Notes: generated by a model from the sequence alone, not told the origin. A DNA stretch of 64,000 bases from an uncultured Candidatus Bathyarchaeia archaeon (GCA_964427455.1 CAYRUY010000001.1:22090-86089); one strand, 5' to 3'. Numbered from the stretch's first letter, positions 28,667 through 38,512 are shown. Numbers and translations are program-made.

Positions 28667-28782
28667 TTGGCGCCGGGAGTGGGATTTGAACCCACGCGGG
28701 CGGTTACGCCCAATGGCTTGCTGGTCTGGTCCCTTGCCCCTTGTGATCTCGAGGCCATCGCCATGCCGCTAGGCGATCCCGG
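28667..28782 (-). tRNA. tRNA-Ser (anticodon CGA) with a ~29-nt intron at or next to the canonical 37/38 site; class II long variable arm; CCA encoded
   Basis: Minus strand: GCCGGGA-TC-GCC/TAGCGGCAT/GGC-G-ATGGC-CTCGAGA-[ATCACAAGGGGCAAGGGACCAGACCAGCA]-GCCAT-TGGGCGTAACCGCCCGC-GTGGG-TTCAAAT-CCCAC-TCCCGGC-G-CCA. 7-bp acceptor, G73 discriminator and 17-nt variable arm fit tRNA-Ser. A TTTAA-like box sits ~29 nt upstream. Confidence 0.7.
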
Positions 28783-28879
28783 CACCAACAGATAACGCAA
28801 GGGAACATCCGGTTAAAGGTTTTCACGAAACGCTTAAGAGGGCTATGGACAAGTTAGCGCTCCGCAGGAGTCCACGGTC

Positions 28880-29188
28880 ATGGATGTAGAGAAGCTCTCC
28901 GCCAAAGAGAAGGAGATCCATAGGGCGCTCGCCGGTGTTAAGGACCCTGAGCTGGGCTTCAGCATCACGGAGGCTGAACTGGTGGATGAGGTCAAGCTGG
29001 AGAGCGGAGAAGCCCACATAACGTACCACCTTACGGCGCCTTTCTGCCCACCAGTCTTCGCACTCTACATCGGCAGAGAGATACGGAAGAGGGCTCTGGA
29101 GGTAAACGGCGTAGAACGCGTCGAAGTCACGGTTAAGGACCACGTTCAAGCGGAGGCCATAAACAAGGCCTTAAGGCAGAAGCCCTAG
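28880..29188 (+). CDS. DUF59/MIP18-family Fe-S cluster assembly-related protein (SufT/PaaD-like)
   Basis: 102 aa. 'DPELGFSITEAELVDEV' and a conserved Cys (APFCPP) typical of DUF59. Confidence 0.65.
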   Translation: MDVEKLSAKEKEIHRALAGVKDPELGFSITEAELVDEVKLESGEAHITYHLTAPFCPPVFALYIGREIRKRALEVNGVERVEVTVKDHVQAEAINKALRQKP

Positions 29189-29212
29189 GCACCGTGGACC
29201 CCATGCTGCACG

Positions 29213-30166
29213 TTAGGGCCCAGACCTGATGACGCCTTTCACGTATCCCCGCGGCCTCTGTTGAGCCACCTGGAACGCTTCCTGGGCCTCGTCGAAGCCG
29301 TGGATATGCGTCATTAGGGGCTCTTGGTTGAAGACGCCTCGACGCATCAGCTTGACCGCTGTTCGGAACTCCCTTGTGAAGTCCGGCGAGAACTGAGGCG
29401 CGGTATTCAGGACGCGCAAGCCCCTCGTATGCCAGTCAGATGTGGGAACCATCTCGTCCTCCACATGGTGGCCGAAGATCACGACTGTCCCACTGTTACG
29501 GGCCAAGCCAGTCGCGAGGCTGATCGTCCCTCGAACCCCTGCCGCCTCGAAGACCACATCTGCTCCTCGACCCAGGACCGACCGGGTCTCCTTCAGAACA
29601 TCGGACCGGCGCGGGTTCAACGTCACCTCGGCCCCAAACCTCTTCGCCAACATTAGCTTGTGGTCGTCCAGGTCTACGGCGATGAGCGTTCCCGTATAGC
29701 TCTTCGGTAAGGCCTGAAGCAGGAGTAGGCCCATGTAGCCGCAGCCGACAACGCAGACATCGTCGCCGATCTCGACGTTTGCGCCACGGACCCCGTTCAC
29801 CGCGCAGGCGGCCGGTTCAGAGATCCACAGCCACGGTTTCTCAACGCCTTCAGGCAGCTTCGCAGCCTGACCCTCAACCGTCTTGTAGTACTCTGCGAAC
29901 GCGGGGCCGCCCAGCGTGGTCACCCTGTCCCCAGGCTTCAAGTCGACCACCTGGTCGCCCATGGAGACGACGGTTCCGACGCCCTCATGCCCGATGAACG
30001 CAGGGTACGCAGTCCTCGACCTCCCTGCGAAGGCGTGTACATCGCCCATACATATTCCACAAGCCTCAGTCTTGACGAGGACCTCTGCCCCCTTAGGCTC
30101 GTCGACATCGATGTTACTCAGTTCAACTCTTCCCGGCTCTATGACAGCGATAGCCTTGGCTCTCAA
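29213..30166 (-). CDS. Zinc-dependent alcohol dehydrogenase (MDR superfamily; threonine/sorbitol dehydrogenase-like)
   Basis: 317 aa. 'EACGICMGDVH' catalytic-Zn motif and 'GCGYMG' Rossmann. Confidence 0.85.
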   Translation of the reverse strand: MRAKAIAVIEPGRVELSNIDVDEPKGAEVLVKTEACGICMGDVHAFAGRSRTAYPAFIGHEGVGTVVSMGDQVVDLKPGDRVTTLGGPAFAEYYKTVEGQAAKLPEGVEKPWLWISEPAACAVNGVRGANVEIGDDVCVVGCGYMGLLLLQALPKSYTGTLIAVDLDDHKLMLAKRFGAEVTLNPRRSDVLKETRSVLGRGADVVFEAAGVRGTISLATGLARNSGTVVIFGHHVEDEMVPTSDWHTRGLRVLNTAPQFSPDFTREFRTAVKLMRRGVFNQEPLMTHIHGFDEAQEAFQVAQQRPRGYVKGVIRSGP

Positions 30167-30328
30167 CTCTCTACCCTATCCTGACGCCCGCGAGCTACGC
30201 CCGGAGCCACTGGTGAGCGAGAATACCGCGTCGGTTCGCTTAAAACCATCGATCCAAGCCGGGCTATGCGCAACGGTTTTTACCATGCTCGAAGCTAAGG
30301 CGCCTGGTTCAAGGGACGGTTCCTCGGA

Positions 30329-30700
30329 ATGGTCGACATAATCCATCAACCAATCAGAGAGATCGTGATAATGGAGCATGTGGCATACCCTACGCCTGAG
30401 AAGCTTGCGCTAAACCTGGCAGTTGCCATTAGGGCTGGGCAGCCCGCCGTGCTCCATTGGGCTGAAGGCCTAGCCTTTATCCACCTACCTATCCCGCCGA
30501 CAACTGAACTCACCATGAAGCATTACCTAGATGGTCGCGTCTATTGGTCCTCGACCGCCTACGCCCCGATGCCAAGCTACAAGCAGATCGTTAGGGTCGA
30601 CAGCATGGAGATCCCGGTGATCGACGTCACACCGAACCATAGCCTTCGACAGGTCGCGCAATGGTTGAAAGAGAAGTTGCCGAAAGACCCAACCCAGTAA
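30329..30700 (+). CDS. Hypothetical protein
   Basis: 123 aa ORF with no recognisable motifs; the start may be an internal ATG. Confidence 0.25.
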   Translation: MVDIIHQPIREIVIMEHVAYPTPEKLALNLAVAIRAGQPAVLHWAEGLAFIHLPIPPTTELTMKHYLDGRVYWSSTAYAPMPSYKQIVRVDSMEIPVIDVTPNHSLRQVAQWLKEKLPKDPTQ

Positions 30701-30722
30701 CCGAAAGGCGGCGAAGCCTAGA

Positions 30723-32000
30723 ATGAGCCTTCAGGAACTGAAGTCTCAGATCGCAACTTCAGAGAAAGAGATCGCTGACCTCACCTCGAGGCTCGTCCAG
30801 TTCAAGACGGCAAACCCGCCTGGCCATACGGCTGAATGCGTAAGGTTCATCGAGTCCTTCTTTCATGGGAATAATGTCTCAACCCGCATCTACGAGCCTA
30901 GGGAGGGGAAGGCGAACATCTGCGCCTCCGTGCCCGGGAGACGCCCTGGGAAGGTCCTATGGCTGGGCCACCTAGATGTGGTCCCTGAAGGCTCTTTGGA
31001 GTTCTGGCAGCATGACCCCTATGGCGGCGACCAAGAGAACGGCCGTGTCTTTGGCCGCGGCTCCAGCGACATGAAGGGGGCTTGTGCCGCCGCGATGGTT
31101 GCCGCGAAGAGCCTTGCCAGGCTGAGTGAAGATGCGCGTGTCAACGTTGAGTTCTGGTTCACGTGTGACGAGGAGACCGGTGCTGTAGACGGGGCCCAGT
31201 GGCTTGCAAAGGCTGGGAGGTTCGACGGCGACCTCTGCGTCATAGGCGACTCCTTCTTCGGCTCGTTTGCGTCGCCCAGCCTCGACATCGGCTGCAGAGG
31301 CGCGGTGAGGCCGAGGCTTAGGGCGAAAGGCCGCACGGCGCATGGCAGCCAGCCTTACTTGGGCGATAACGCGATAGAGAAACTCCTTACGGCGCTACAA
31401 CACGTTAAGAGGATCGGTAACTACGAGCTGGAGTTGCCGGCGGAGCTAAGCCCTGTGATAGCTTCCAGTGTCTCGCTTCTCTTGCAGGAGCCAGGGCTCA
31501 CGGAGGCTCAGAAGGCGAGTGTCAGAAGACTGTACTGGCAGCCTACGGTCAGCCTCAACATCATAGAAGGGGGCGTAAAGAACAACGTCGTGCCTGACTC
31601 CGCTGAGGCTGTCCTAGACATTAGGGTGACGCCCGGAGCAGACCTCGAGGCCGTCAAGCGAGAGGTCATGAGGCTCCTAGAAGAGTCCGGCGTTGAAGGA
31701 GTAACGGCTGAGATCGAAGTGACCGGGGGCGGAGGATACTATGAGCCCCCTGCTTCGCGGCCCGTCTTGGAGCTAGCTCGCATCGTCAAGACAGTCCTAG
31801 GCGTTGAACCTGTGCTTAACATCCTGACAGGCGGCACAGACGGCATATGGGTGAACAAGCTGTCAGGGATACCGTCAGTAGGGTTCGGCCCAGGTCTCAC
31901 AGGAATCGCGCACAGGCCTGACGAATCCGTTCCGATCCAGCACCTGGTCGCTGCGGCACAGGTCTACGCGGCTCTTCCGTTCCTTTATGGAAGCTCATAG
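30723..32000 (+). CDS. M20 family metallopeptidase (ArgE/DapE/acetylornithine deacetylase-like)
   Basis: 425 aa. 'GHLDVVP', 'SSDMKG' and the C-terminal M20 dimerisation/catalytic pattern. Confidence 0.8.
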   Translation: MSLQELKSQIATSEKEIADLTSRLVQFKTANPPGHTAECVRFIESFFHGNNVSTRIYEPREGKANICASVPGRRPGKVLWLGHLDVVPEGSLEFWQHDPYGGDQENGRVFGRGSSDMKGACAAAMVAAKSLARLSEDARVNVEFWFTCDEETGAVDGAQWLAKAGRFDGDLCVIGDSFFGSFASPSLDIGCRGAVRPRLRAKGRTAHGSQPYLGDNAIEKLLTALQHVKRIGNYELELPAELSPVIASSVSLLLQEPGLTEAQKASVRRLYWQPTVSLNIIEGGVKNNVVPDSAEAVLDIRVTPGADLEAVKREVMRLLEESGVEGVTAEIEVTGGGGYYEPPASRPVLELARIVKTVLGVEPVLNILTGGTDGIWVNKLSGIPSVGFGPGLTGIAHRPDESVPIQHLVAAAQVYAALPFLYGSS

Positions 32001-32039
32001 ATCGACTGGCTCCTCTGGGACGGAGGAGCGAGGCCGGGA

Positions 32040-32888
32040 TTACTTCCCGAACCTTCTTGCTCTTCGCTGATAGGCCCTGATCGCCTTGAGCATGTCCAGG
32101 CGGTTGAACCCAGGCCAGTAGACGCCTGAGAAGTACAGCTCACTATAGGCGCTCTGCCAGAGGAGGAAGCCGCTCAACCGTTCCTCTCCGCTTGTGCGTA
32201 TGATCAGGTCGGGCTCAGAGTTGGGCAGATATGACGTGTACAGGTGTTCCTCAACAACCTTCTCATCAACCTCCTCAGGCCTGATCTCACCCTTGAGGAT
32301 CTCGGCCCCGATTCTGCGCGCCGCGTCCACGATCTCGCTCCTGCCCGTGTACGCTATAGCCACGTTCAACCAATGCTTGTCATAAGCAGCCGTCTCCTGT
32401 TCCGCCCGGGCGATCAGCTCCTGCAAGGGCTTGGGCAGGAGTTCAAGGCGGCCGATCGCCTTGATCCGTACCCTATGCTCGTGTATCCGTTTGTCTCTTA
32501 TCACCACATTCAGCTTCTCCTCGCAGAGCCTCAACACCTCCTTCACTTCCTCCTGAGGACGCTCGAAGTTCTCTATCGAGAAGACATAGAGGCTAACAGT
32601 CTTGATACCTAGGTCAAGACACCATGTTAGAAGCCGCTCAACCTTCTCGGCCCCCTTCCTATGCCCCAGCCAATACGGCAGCTCGTGGCTTCCGGCCCAC
32701 CGCCTATTGCCGTCAATTATGAAACCTATATGCTTCGGAAGGCTTCCCTCTGCCCTAACTTGCCGCTCAAGCCACCACTCCCGGGCTCGATCGATGCCCG
32801 TAGCTTCCAGCAGGCCCCTAAGCACCAGCTGCCTCCACCAAACCGCACCCTTGTCTAGGCTCGTCCTAAAAGAGTTTCCCGCTAGCAT
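32040..32888 (-). CDS. uppS: Undecaprenyl diphosphate synthase-type cis-prenyltransferase
   Basis: 282 aa. 'HIGFIIDGNRRWA' and 'TSGEERLSGFLLWQSAYSE' UPPS motifs. Confidence 0.85.
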   Translation of the reverse strand: MLAGNSFRTSLDKGAVWWRQLVLRGLLEATGIDRAREWWLERQVRAEGSLPKHIGFIIDGNRRWAGSHELPYWLGHRKGAEKVERLLTWCLDLGIKTVSLYVFSIENFERPQEEVKEVLRLCEEKLNVVIRDKRIHEHRVRIKAIGRLELLPKPLQELIARAEQETAAYDKHWLNVAIAYTGRSEIVDAARRIGAEILKGEIRPEEVDEKVVEEHLYTSYLPNSEPDLIIRTSGEERLSGFLLWQSAYSELYFSGVYWPGFNRLDMLKAIRAYQRRARRFGK

Positions 32889-32966
32889 AGACCGCGAGAC
32901 TTAGGGCTTCGCTTTGGACGCCCAGCTCGTCGGTCTCAAGGTTTATTAGATCCCCTCACGGGTTCG

Positions 32967-34862
32967 GTGAGGTTCCACGCATCGAGGCGAAACCTCCTGT
33001 CCTCTGCGATCGAGGCCCCAAAGCCTTCGTTCTTGAAGGAGTCCCTCCGAGGCAACATGGGCGTCTTCGCTGTTAGGACTCTTCTTCTGGCTATCAGCGG
33101 GGGGCTGACAGGAGGCCTTGACGCACTGTACGTGTACCAGGTGCTTCACGCCGATGCCGTCATCCTCGGCTCATTCGCCTCCATATGGTCTGCAGTCTTC
33201 CTCTCGTTCACGCTCTTCGGTGGTTGGTTCAGTGACCGATATGAGCGGAAAACAAGCCTGTTGCTAGGGACAGGGGTGACGCTTCTGAACCCCCTGGTAT
33301 ACGCCATAGCCCCAGATTGGCAACTGCTGCTCGTCGCGAACCTTCTAGGAGCTGTTGGAACTGCCATCGCGAACCCCGCATACGTCGCCCTCCTCGTGAC
33401 TTCCGTGGGCCAGGACCGTAGAACCGAGTCAATAGCTGTCATCAACACAGTGTCGAGTGTCGCTAACGCAGTCGTCCCGCCTACGGCCGCTCTGGCTGTC
33501 CAGAGCATGGGCGGACTCGAACGTCTCAGGTTGATGTTCTTTCTGCAGTTCCTAGCCGGAATCGGGGTGTGGTACTACACGAAGAAGCATCTCGCCCCCG
33601 TCGGCACGGTCAAGCCCGACAACGGGGTTCGGCAAGAAAGCATCGTGAAACAGATGGTACGCGACATGAAGGATGTCTGGAACCTCTCGCGTGAGAGGAA
33701 GGCCACATCATGGGTCTACATAGCTGCCACAGCGCCGCTCGCTTGGAACGTGGTAGGTCCCTTCTGGACCCTTTACGCCTACGAGGCATTGGGCTCACCC
33801 ATCTACGTGGTCGGACTGCTCCCTGCCGTCGCGTCGCTCGTCCATGCTGCCGCAGAGATACCCCTAGCGAGGAAAGCCAGCTCAGTCGGCAGGAGGCGAG
33901 TCATCGTTTCAATGAGGCCTTTCACGTATGGCAGCTTGGTCGTGCTCTTGGTCGCGGGCACCTTGAAGCCTGACATATCGCCTTTCCTGCCCCTTGCGGC
34001 ATGGGCGCTGCTAGCGCTAGGTGAGTCTTCGGGCCCCGCATGGACGGCTGCGGCCACGGAGGTCATGCCAGCTGAGGTGCAGGGGAAATGGGATGCCTTC
34101 AGGAACTTCGTCTCATACGCTGTGGCGATCCCAGCGGGTATCGCGGGCGGCTTACTCTGGAACATCGACCGCCGGCTCCCGTTCGCTGTGGCGCTCGTCG
34201 TGGATGGCGTGCTCCGTTTCCCCGTCCTAGCGCGGATGGTCCCTGAGACCCTCGTCAAGTTCCCGACATCGATCAGGGTGCCTGGCCAAAGGGTGGTGAT
34301 CTACGGCCTCTCAGAGGCTGGCTTGACCTCCACGGCGAAGGAGATGAGGGATGCCCTCCAGGCTGAGATTGTCGACGATGAGTGGGTTGGGCGAAAGCTC
34401 CGGGAGCGGAGGCTTGAGATCGAGAGGACAATGCACAGGCCGCACATCTTCACCGGGGAGAAGGACATACTCGAGAAGGGGATCACCCGAATCCTCGCAG
34501 AGGAGGAGAAGCCTATGATCGTTGAGGGCAAGGTAGCCATCTATGCGGCTCGGGAGGCAGACAAAGCAACCCTCGTGCTTCTCGTCGCGCCGAGATACGA
34601 GAGGGCTCGTAGGCTTGCCCAGAGCACGAAGAAGCCGGACTTTGTCGCGCTCCGGGAGATCGAGCAGAGGGATAGGGAGACGCAGCGGCTCGTCAGACAT
34701 GTTCTCCGAGCTGACATACGGGCAATCCCTCCCTTCGACGTGGCGATCAACACCGAACGGATACCCCGGGAGCTTGTCAAGAAGATCCTGCGGGTTATCG
34801 ATGAGCATCTATCCGAGAAGGCCTCAGGGGAGAAGGAGAAACAGGAGGGGGGCTCGGCCTAG
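32967..34862 (+). CDS. MFS transporter fused to a C-terminal cytidylate kinase-like domain with a degenerate P-loop
   Basis: N-terminal ~410 aa is a 12-TM MFS-like region. C-terminal ~190 aa 'VVIYGLSEAGLTSTAKE...FDVAINTERIP' resembles archaeal cytidylate-kinase-family proteins, but GxxGxGKT is degenerate (GLSEAGLTS). The true start is probably the internal ATG near 33055. Confidence 0.65.
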   Translation: MRFHASRRNLLSSAIEAPKPSFLKESLRGNMGVFAVRTLLLAISGGLTGGLDALYVYQVLHADAVILGSFASIWSAVFLSFTLFGGWFSDRYERKTSLLLGTGVTLLNPLVYAIAPDWQLLLVANLLGAVGTAIANPAYVALLVTSVGQDRRTESIAVINTVSSVANAVVPPTAALAVQSMGGLERLRLMFFLQFLAGIGVWYYTKKHLAPVGTVKPDNGVRQESIVKQMVRDMKDVWNLSRERKATSWVYIAATAPLAWNVVGPFWTLYAYEALGSPIYVVGLLPAVASLVHAAAEIPLARKASSVGRRRVIVSMRPFTYGSLVVLLVAGTLKPDISPFLPLAAWALLALGESSGPAWTAAATEVMPAEVQGKWDAFRNFVSYAVAIPAGIAGGLLWNIDRRLPFAVALVVDGVLRFPVLARMVPETLVKFPTSIRVPGQRVVIYGLSEAGLTSTAKEMRDALQAEIVDDEWVGRKLRERRLEIERTMHRPHIFTGEKDILEKGITRILAEEEKPMIVEGKVAIYAAREADKATLVLLVAPRYERARRLAQSTKKPDFVALREIEQRDRETQRLVRHVLRADIRAIPPFDVAINTERIPRELVKKILRVIDEHLSEKASGEKEKQEGGSA

Positions 34863-35968
34863 GGCTGCCCGCCTGCAGGGCTTCTTGGGAGAGCCGCCGG
34901 GTTGACTACGTTCTCCGGGGCCCCTCTAAGGTAAGCAGCCACATTATCCACGGCCATATTCAGCCCCCTGTCGAGGGCTTCGCGTGTCTGCCCGGCGCTA
35001 TGAGGCGTCAGCACCACGTTCTCTAGGTTGAGAAGCGGGCATGATGGGTCGAGGGGTTCCCTCTCGTACACGTCGAGGCCCGCGCCCGCGATCCTGTTCG
35101 ATGTAAGCGCTTCTATGATTGCCTCTTGGTCGACGAGGCCGCCGCGCGCCGTGTTGACAAGGATAGCGGTTGGCTTCATCAATGCGAGCTTACTCGCATC
35201 TATGAGCCGTTCCGTGTCCTTGCTTAACCTAAGGTGAAGCGAGACAACATCCGACGTCTTCAGGAGCTCCTCTAACGAAACGTATCTGAAGCCTACGCTC
35301 TCAGCCCTTTCGCTGGAGGGATGGAGGGTCCAAGCCTGAACCTTCATGCCAATCCCCTTTCCGAGCCTCGCCATTTGCACGCCTATCGCCCCAGTGCCGA
35401 CGATGCCCAACGTCTTCCCGTTCAACTGGTTGACTAGGCCTCTCACCCATCTCCCTTCGCGAACCTGTCTGTCGATAACGGTGATACGGCGAGCCACGGC
35501 TAGCATCAAGGCGAGCGCATGTTCAGCAACCGCTTCGGTCGAGGTGTTGGGTGTGTTCGTCACGAGCACGCCAAGCCTTGTCGCAGAGACCAGATCGATG
35601 TTGTCAACGCCCGTGCCCCAGACGGATATCAACCTTAGGCTTGGGCTCTGGGCGAGGACTTCCTCGGTGAACCTGCAGTACGCACGTATGTTCACCACGA
35701 TCGGCGCCTCGCTGGTCCTTGCCAAAAGCTCAGTCACTGAGCCAGGCCTCGTGTCAAACAGCGTCACCTTACCCAAAGCTCGAAGCCTCTCTAGGGCTTC
35801 AGTCCCAGAGAGCACTGGCGGATAGTCGTCCGGCACCACTATCCTGACCAATCCCAGACCAACTCGCGCCAGCACGGTTGGTTCAAGACAGCTTAATGCT
35901 TTTCTGCGCGAGGCCTGGCGCAGACCTACCTGGCCAAGCCCCCTTCCTGTTCTAGCTTCTAGAACCAT
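34859..35968 (-). CDS. D-isomer-specific 2-hydroxyacid dehydrogenase (PGDH/GyaR-like)
   Basis: 'GTGAIGVQMARLGKGIGMKV' NAD Rossmann and catalytic 'NTARGGLVD...HSAG' motifs. The start is probably an internal GTG/TTG near 35830; the ORF-track N-terminus looks like non-coding read-through. Confidence 0.75.
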   Translation of the reverse strand: MVLEARTGRGLGQVGLRQASRRKALSCLEPTVLARVGLGLVRIVVPDDYPPVLSGTEALERLRALGKVTLFDTRPGSVTELLARTSEAPIVVNIRAYCRFTEEVLAQSPSLRLISVWGTGVDNIDLVSATRLGVLVTNTPNTSTEAVAEHALALMLAVARRITVIDRQVREGRWVRGLVNQLNGKTLGIVGTGAIGVQMARLGKGIGMKVQAWTLHPSSERAESVGFRYVSLEELLKTSDVVSLHLRLSKDTERLIDASKLALMKPTAILVNTARGGLVDQEAIIEALTSNRIAGAGLDVYEREPLDPSCPLLNLENVVLTPHSAGQTREALDRGLNMAVDNVAAYLRGAPENVVNPAALPRSPAGGQP

Positions 35969-36025
35969 TGTACTAATTCATAGCGTTATATGATACCGAA
36001 GCTATCTTCGCTCAGAGGGAGATAG

Positions 36026-37372
36026 ATGAAGAAGACAACTCTGGTCGCGGTCGGTCTACTCCTCGCGGTGGTAGTTCCAGTGCTGGCCTACACGTTCAGG
36101 ACTCCAATGCAGGCCGTCCCTGTGGCTCAGGGAGGCGAAGGCACCTCTCTCACAATCTACCAGATCGGGCTCAGCTACGTTGTCACTCAGGTCGAGGCGA
36201 CTTTCGCAGGTGGCAAAGGGAGCATCATTCTTCCAGCCTCGATGATTCCGCAGACGCTCAGAATCGTCGACCCGGACCCAGTCGCCATGACGCTGAAGGG
36301 CCGCATCCCTGAGCAGCTGCTGCTCGTCAAAGGTGATAACATCACCGTGCACACGGCTACGGCCACCTATAGCGGCACCTACGAAGGCGTAAAGGATGGA
36401 TATCTGGTCCTAGGCCTGTCGGGGGCCTCCATCCTCGTCAAGCTCGAAGCGATCACCTCGATTGAGGTTGAGAGGGCTGTCCTGGTTGAAGCCCCGGTTG
36501 AGGGGGTACGAGTGGAGATCGAGGCCGTAGTCTCAGATGGACCGCACAACGTGACGGCCACGTTCCTCACAAGGGGGACATCGTGGCAGGCAAACCATCT
36601 CCTAGACGTAGACTCAGGCAGCATCCGGACATGGGCCTCTGTAACAAGCTACGAGAACTGGACAGATGCCAGATTAAGCCTAGTCGTCGGACAACCACAC
36701 ATCGTCTTTGAGGGACCAATCCGCTACGCCTTTGACGAGTCGAAGACGCAGGCCGGGGCTCCGGCTCCGATCGAATGGACAGTCTCAGGCCTCGGCGAAT
36801 ACCATGAGTTCCAACTTAGCAGACCCATCTCATTGGCGGCGGGAGGTACGACGATGCTCCTCCTGCTGAACGGCTCTGTCGGCGTTGAGAGAGAATACTT
36901 CTGGAGCAGCTCACAGCCCTACTACTACGGCGTCATCCCACCCGTCTCTGAGAGCCCGGTCGTCGAATACGTTAACGTGACGAACACGTTGAGCCAGCCG
37001 CTTCCCAAAGGCTTGGCGCAGCTCTACCGAGAACAGAAATGGGTTGGAAACGACTGGATGCCCTACATAGCCGTGGACGCGAATGCGAAGATGACCGTCG
37101 GTCTGGCCCTGGATGTCGAGGTGAAGCACGAAGTCACCAACATCCAGCACCTGGTCAGCTCAGACAGAGTTACGGTGCAACTCACAGCCCTGAACCACAA
37201 GAAAGAGGATATCGTCCTGGTCCTGCAGCAAACGATCCCCTATGATGCCACGTTGATCCAAGCAGACCCGAAACCTCAGCAGCTAGGCCAAGTCCTCACT
37301 TGGAACGTTGCAGTCCCGCGGGGACAATCGACTGGGGTCACGTACACCTACGAGGTCCCAGTCCGGAAGTAA
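36026..37372 (+). CDS. Secreted/membrane-anchored hypothetical protein (N-terminal TM helix; beta-rich)
   Basis: 448 aa with N-terminus 'MKKTTLVAVGLLLAVVVPVLA'. No catalytic motifs recognised; possibly DUF4139-like. Confidence 0.45.
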   Translation: MKKTTLVAVGLLLAVVVPVLAYTFRTPMQAVPVAQGGEGTSLTIYQIGLSYVVTQVEATFAGGKGSIILPASMIPQTLRIVDPDPVAMTLKGRIPEQLLLVKGDNITVHTATATYSGTYEGVKDGYLVLGLSGASILVKLEAITSIEVERAVLVEAPVEGVRVEIEAVVSDGPHNVTATFLTRGTSWQANHLLDVDSGSIRTWASVTSYENWTDARLSLVVGQPHIVFEGPIRYAFDESKTQAGAPAPIEWTVSGLGEYHEFQLSRPISLAAGGTTMLLLLNGSVGVEREYFWSSSQPYYYGVIPPVSESPVVEYVNVTNTLSQPLPKGLAQLYREQKWVGNDWMPYIAVDANAKMTVGLALDVEVKHEVTNIQHLVSSDRVTVQLTALNHKKEDIVLVLQQTIPYDATLIQADPKPQQLGQVLTWNVAVPRGQSTGVTYTYEVPVRK

Positions 37373-37647
37373 ACGGCAGGATTCGGAGCAGCTCCTCCCC
37401 CCTTTTCTTTCCCGCTTCGGATTCGAGGGTTAGGTCTCTTGGCTGTGGGCAAGACAGCCAGCCGATTGCCGGCGAGTATTGCTTGACCAAGCAGACCAAC
37501 AGAGCCAGCTTCCTTCTCGGACTACGCTCTCCACGAGGACGCGCGCCAAGGAAGCTCTCTTACACCCGATCCAGATCGAGCCGAGATTAGCGCGATCCCT
37601 GAGAATACTTTGCATCGGACTTGCGCGCGTAGAGGGGTCCATGAAGG

Positions 37648-38001
37648 CTATTCGACCGGGATAACGAAGCGGGACTCTCTGCCCGCGCTCACGTATCTTC
37701 CGCCAAGACCCCTGACTGTCGCCGCTATCGAGGTGAACTTGTCTCGGCCGAGATAACCGGTCGGTCTCACTACGATGCCCTCGGCCTCCTCCGTCACGGT
37801 CAACTCAGAGAGGAAGGCAGCAAGCCTTGCTTTGACCGTCTCAACCGCAACCCTGCGGCCCTCCTGTACCTGAAGCGTAGGTGCGGCTGGGGCTGCAGCG
37901 GGAACCGAGGGCTTAGCTCTCACGGTAACCGTGACCTCAACCCCGTTTACAGTGATTACCGCCCCGTCCCCAGTAGGCGTAACCTTCACGTTCACGCTCA
38001 T
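37648..38001 (-). CDS. Hypothetical protein with a Pro/Ala linker
   Basis: 117 aa ORF of unknown function. Confidence 0.3.
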   Translation of the reverse strand: MSVNVKVTPTGDGAVITVNGVEVTVTVRAKPSVPAAAPAAPTLQVQEGRRVAVETVKARLAAFLSELTVTEEAEGIVVRPTGYLGRDKFTSIAATVRGLGGRYVSAGRESRFVIPVE

Positions 38002-38127
38002 GTAACCGTCATCTCTACACCGTATGTAGTGGCGCCTGGCCTTATATCCTATCAGCCTACTTGAGGGCTAGCCGATCACCTGCGGCCGTTGGTACTCGTT
38101 CGCCTATAGAATCGCGGGGGCACAACG

Positions 38128-38463
38128 TTAGGAGTATTCACGCCACACGTAGCCACACTTCGAGCACCTGAAGAACTGCGTCGGAGACTCGTCTGCTCCG
38201 CGAGTCTGAACGGTCCACCAGAAGGCTTCCTCATTCCCGCACTTCGGACAGTCGATCTCCGTCGTCGGGAGGGTCCTTATCTTACCTGCCTCGATGTCTA
38301 TCACCGTTATGGGCTCTGCCCCACGCTCCTTCTCGACCGTCTCCGAAAGCACAGCCTCACGCTCTATTGTTTCCGTGAAGCCACACTTCGGACAGAGCCT
38401 CGATGCTTGGTCCTTCTGATAGCGGACGACGAGCTTCGTGCCACACGTTTCGCAGAAATCCAT
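38128..38463 (-). CDS. tfs: Transcription factor S / RNA polymerase subunit M-like zinc-ribbon protein (TFIIS C-terminal type)
   Basis: 111 aa. N-terminal Zn ribbon (CETCG...CPKCG) and C-terminal TFIIS-type ribbon 'CPKCG...FFRCSKCG' with an acidic 'RGADE' hairpin. Confidence 0.85.
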   Translation of the reverse strand: MDFCETCGTKLVVRYQKDQASRLCPKCGFTETIEREAVLSETVEKERGAEPITVIDIEAGKIRTLPTTEIDCPKCGNEEAFWWTVQTRGADESPTQFFRCSKCGYVWREYS

Positions 38464-38512
38464 CCTCGGTGAGCCTAGAGCCTCGCGGCACGTGGACCTC
38501 TTAAACCTTTGC

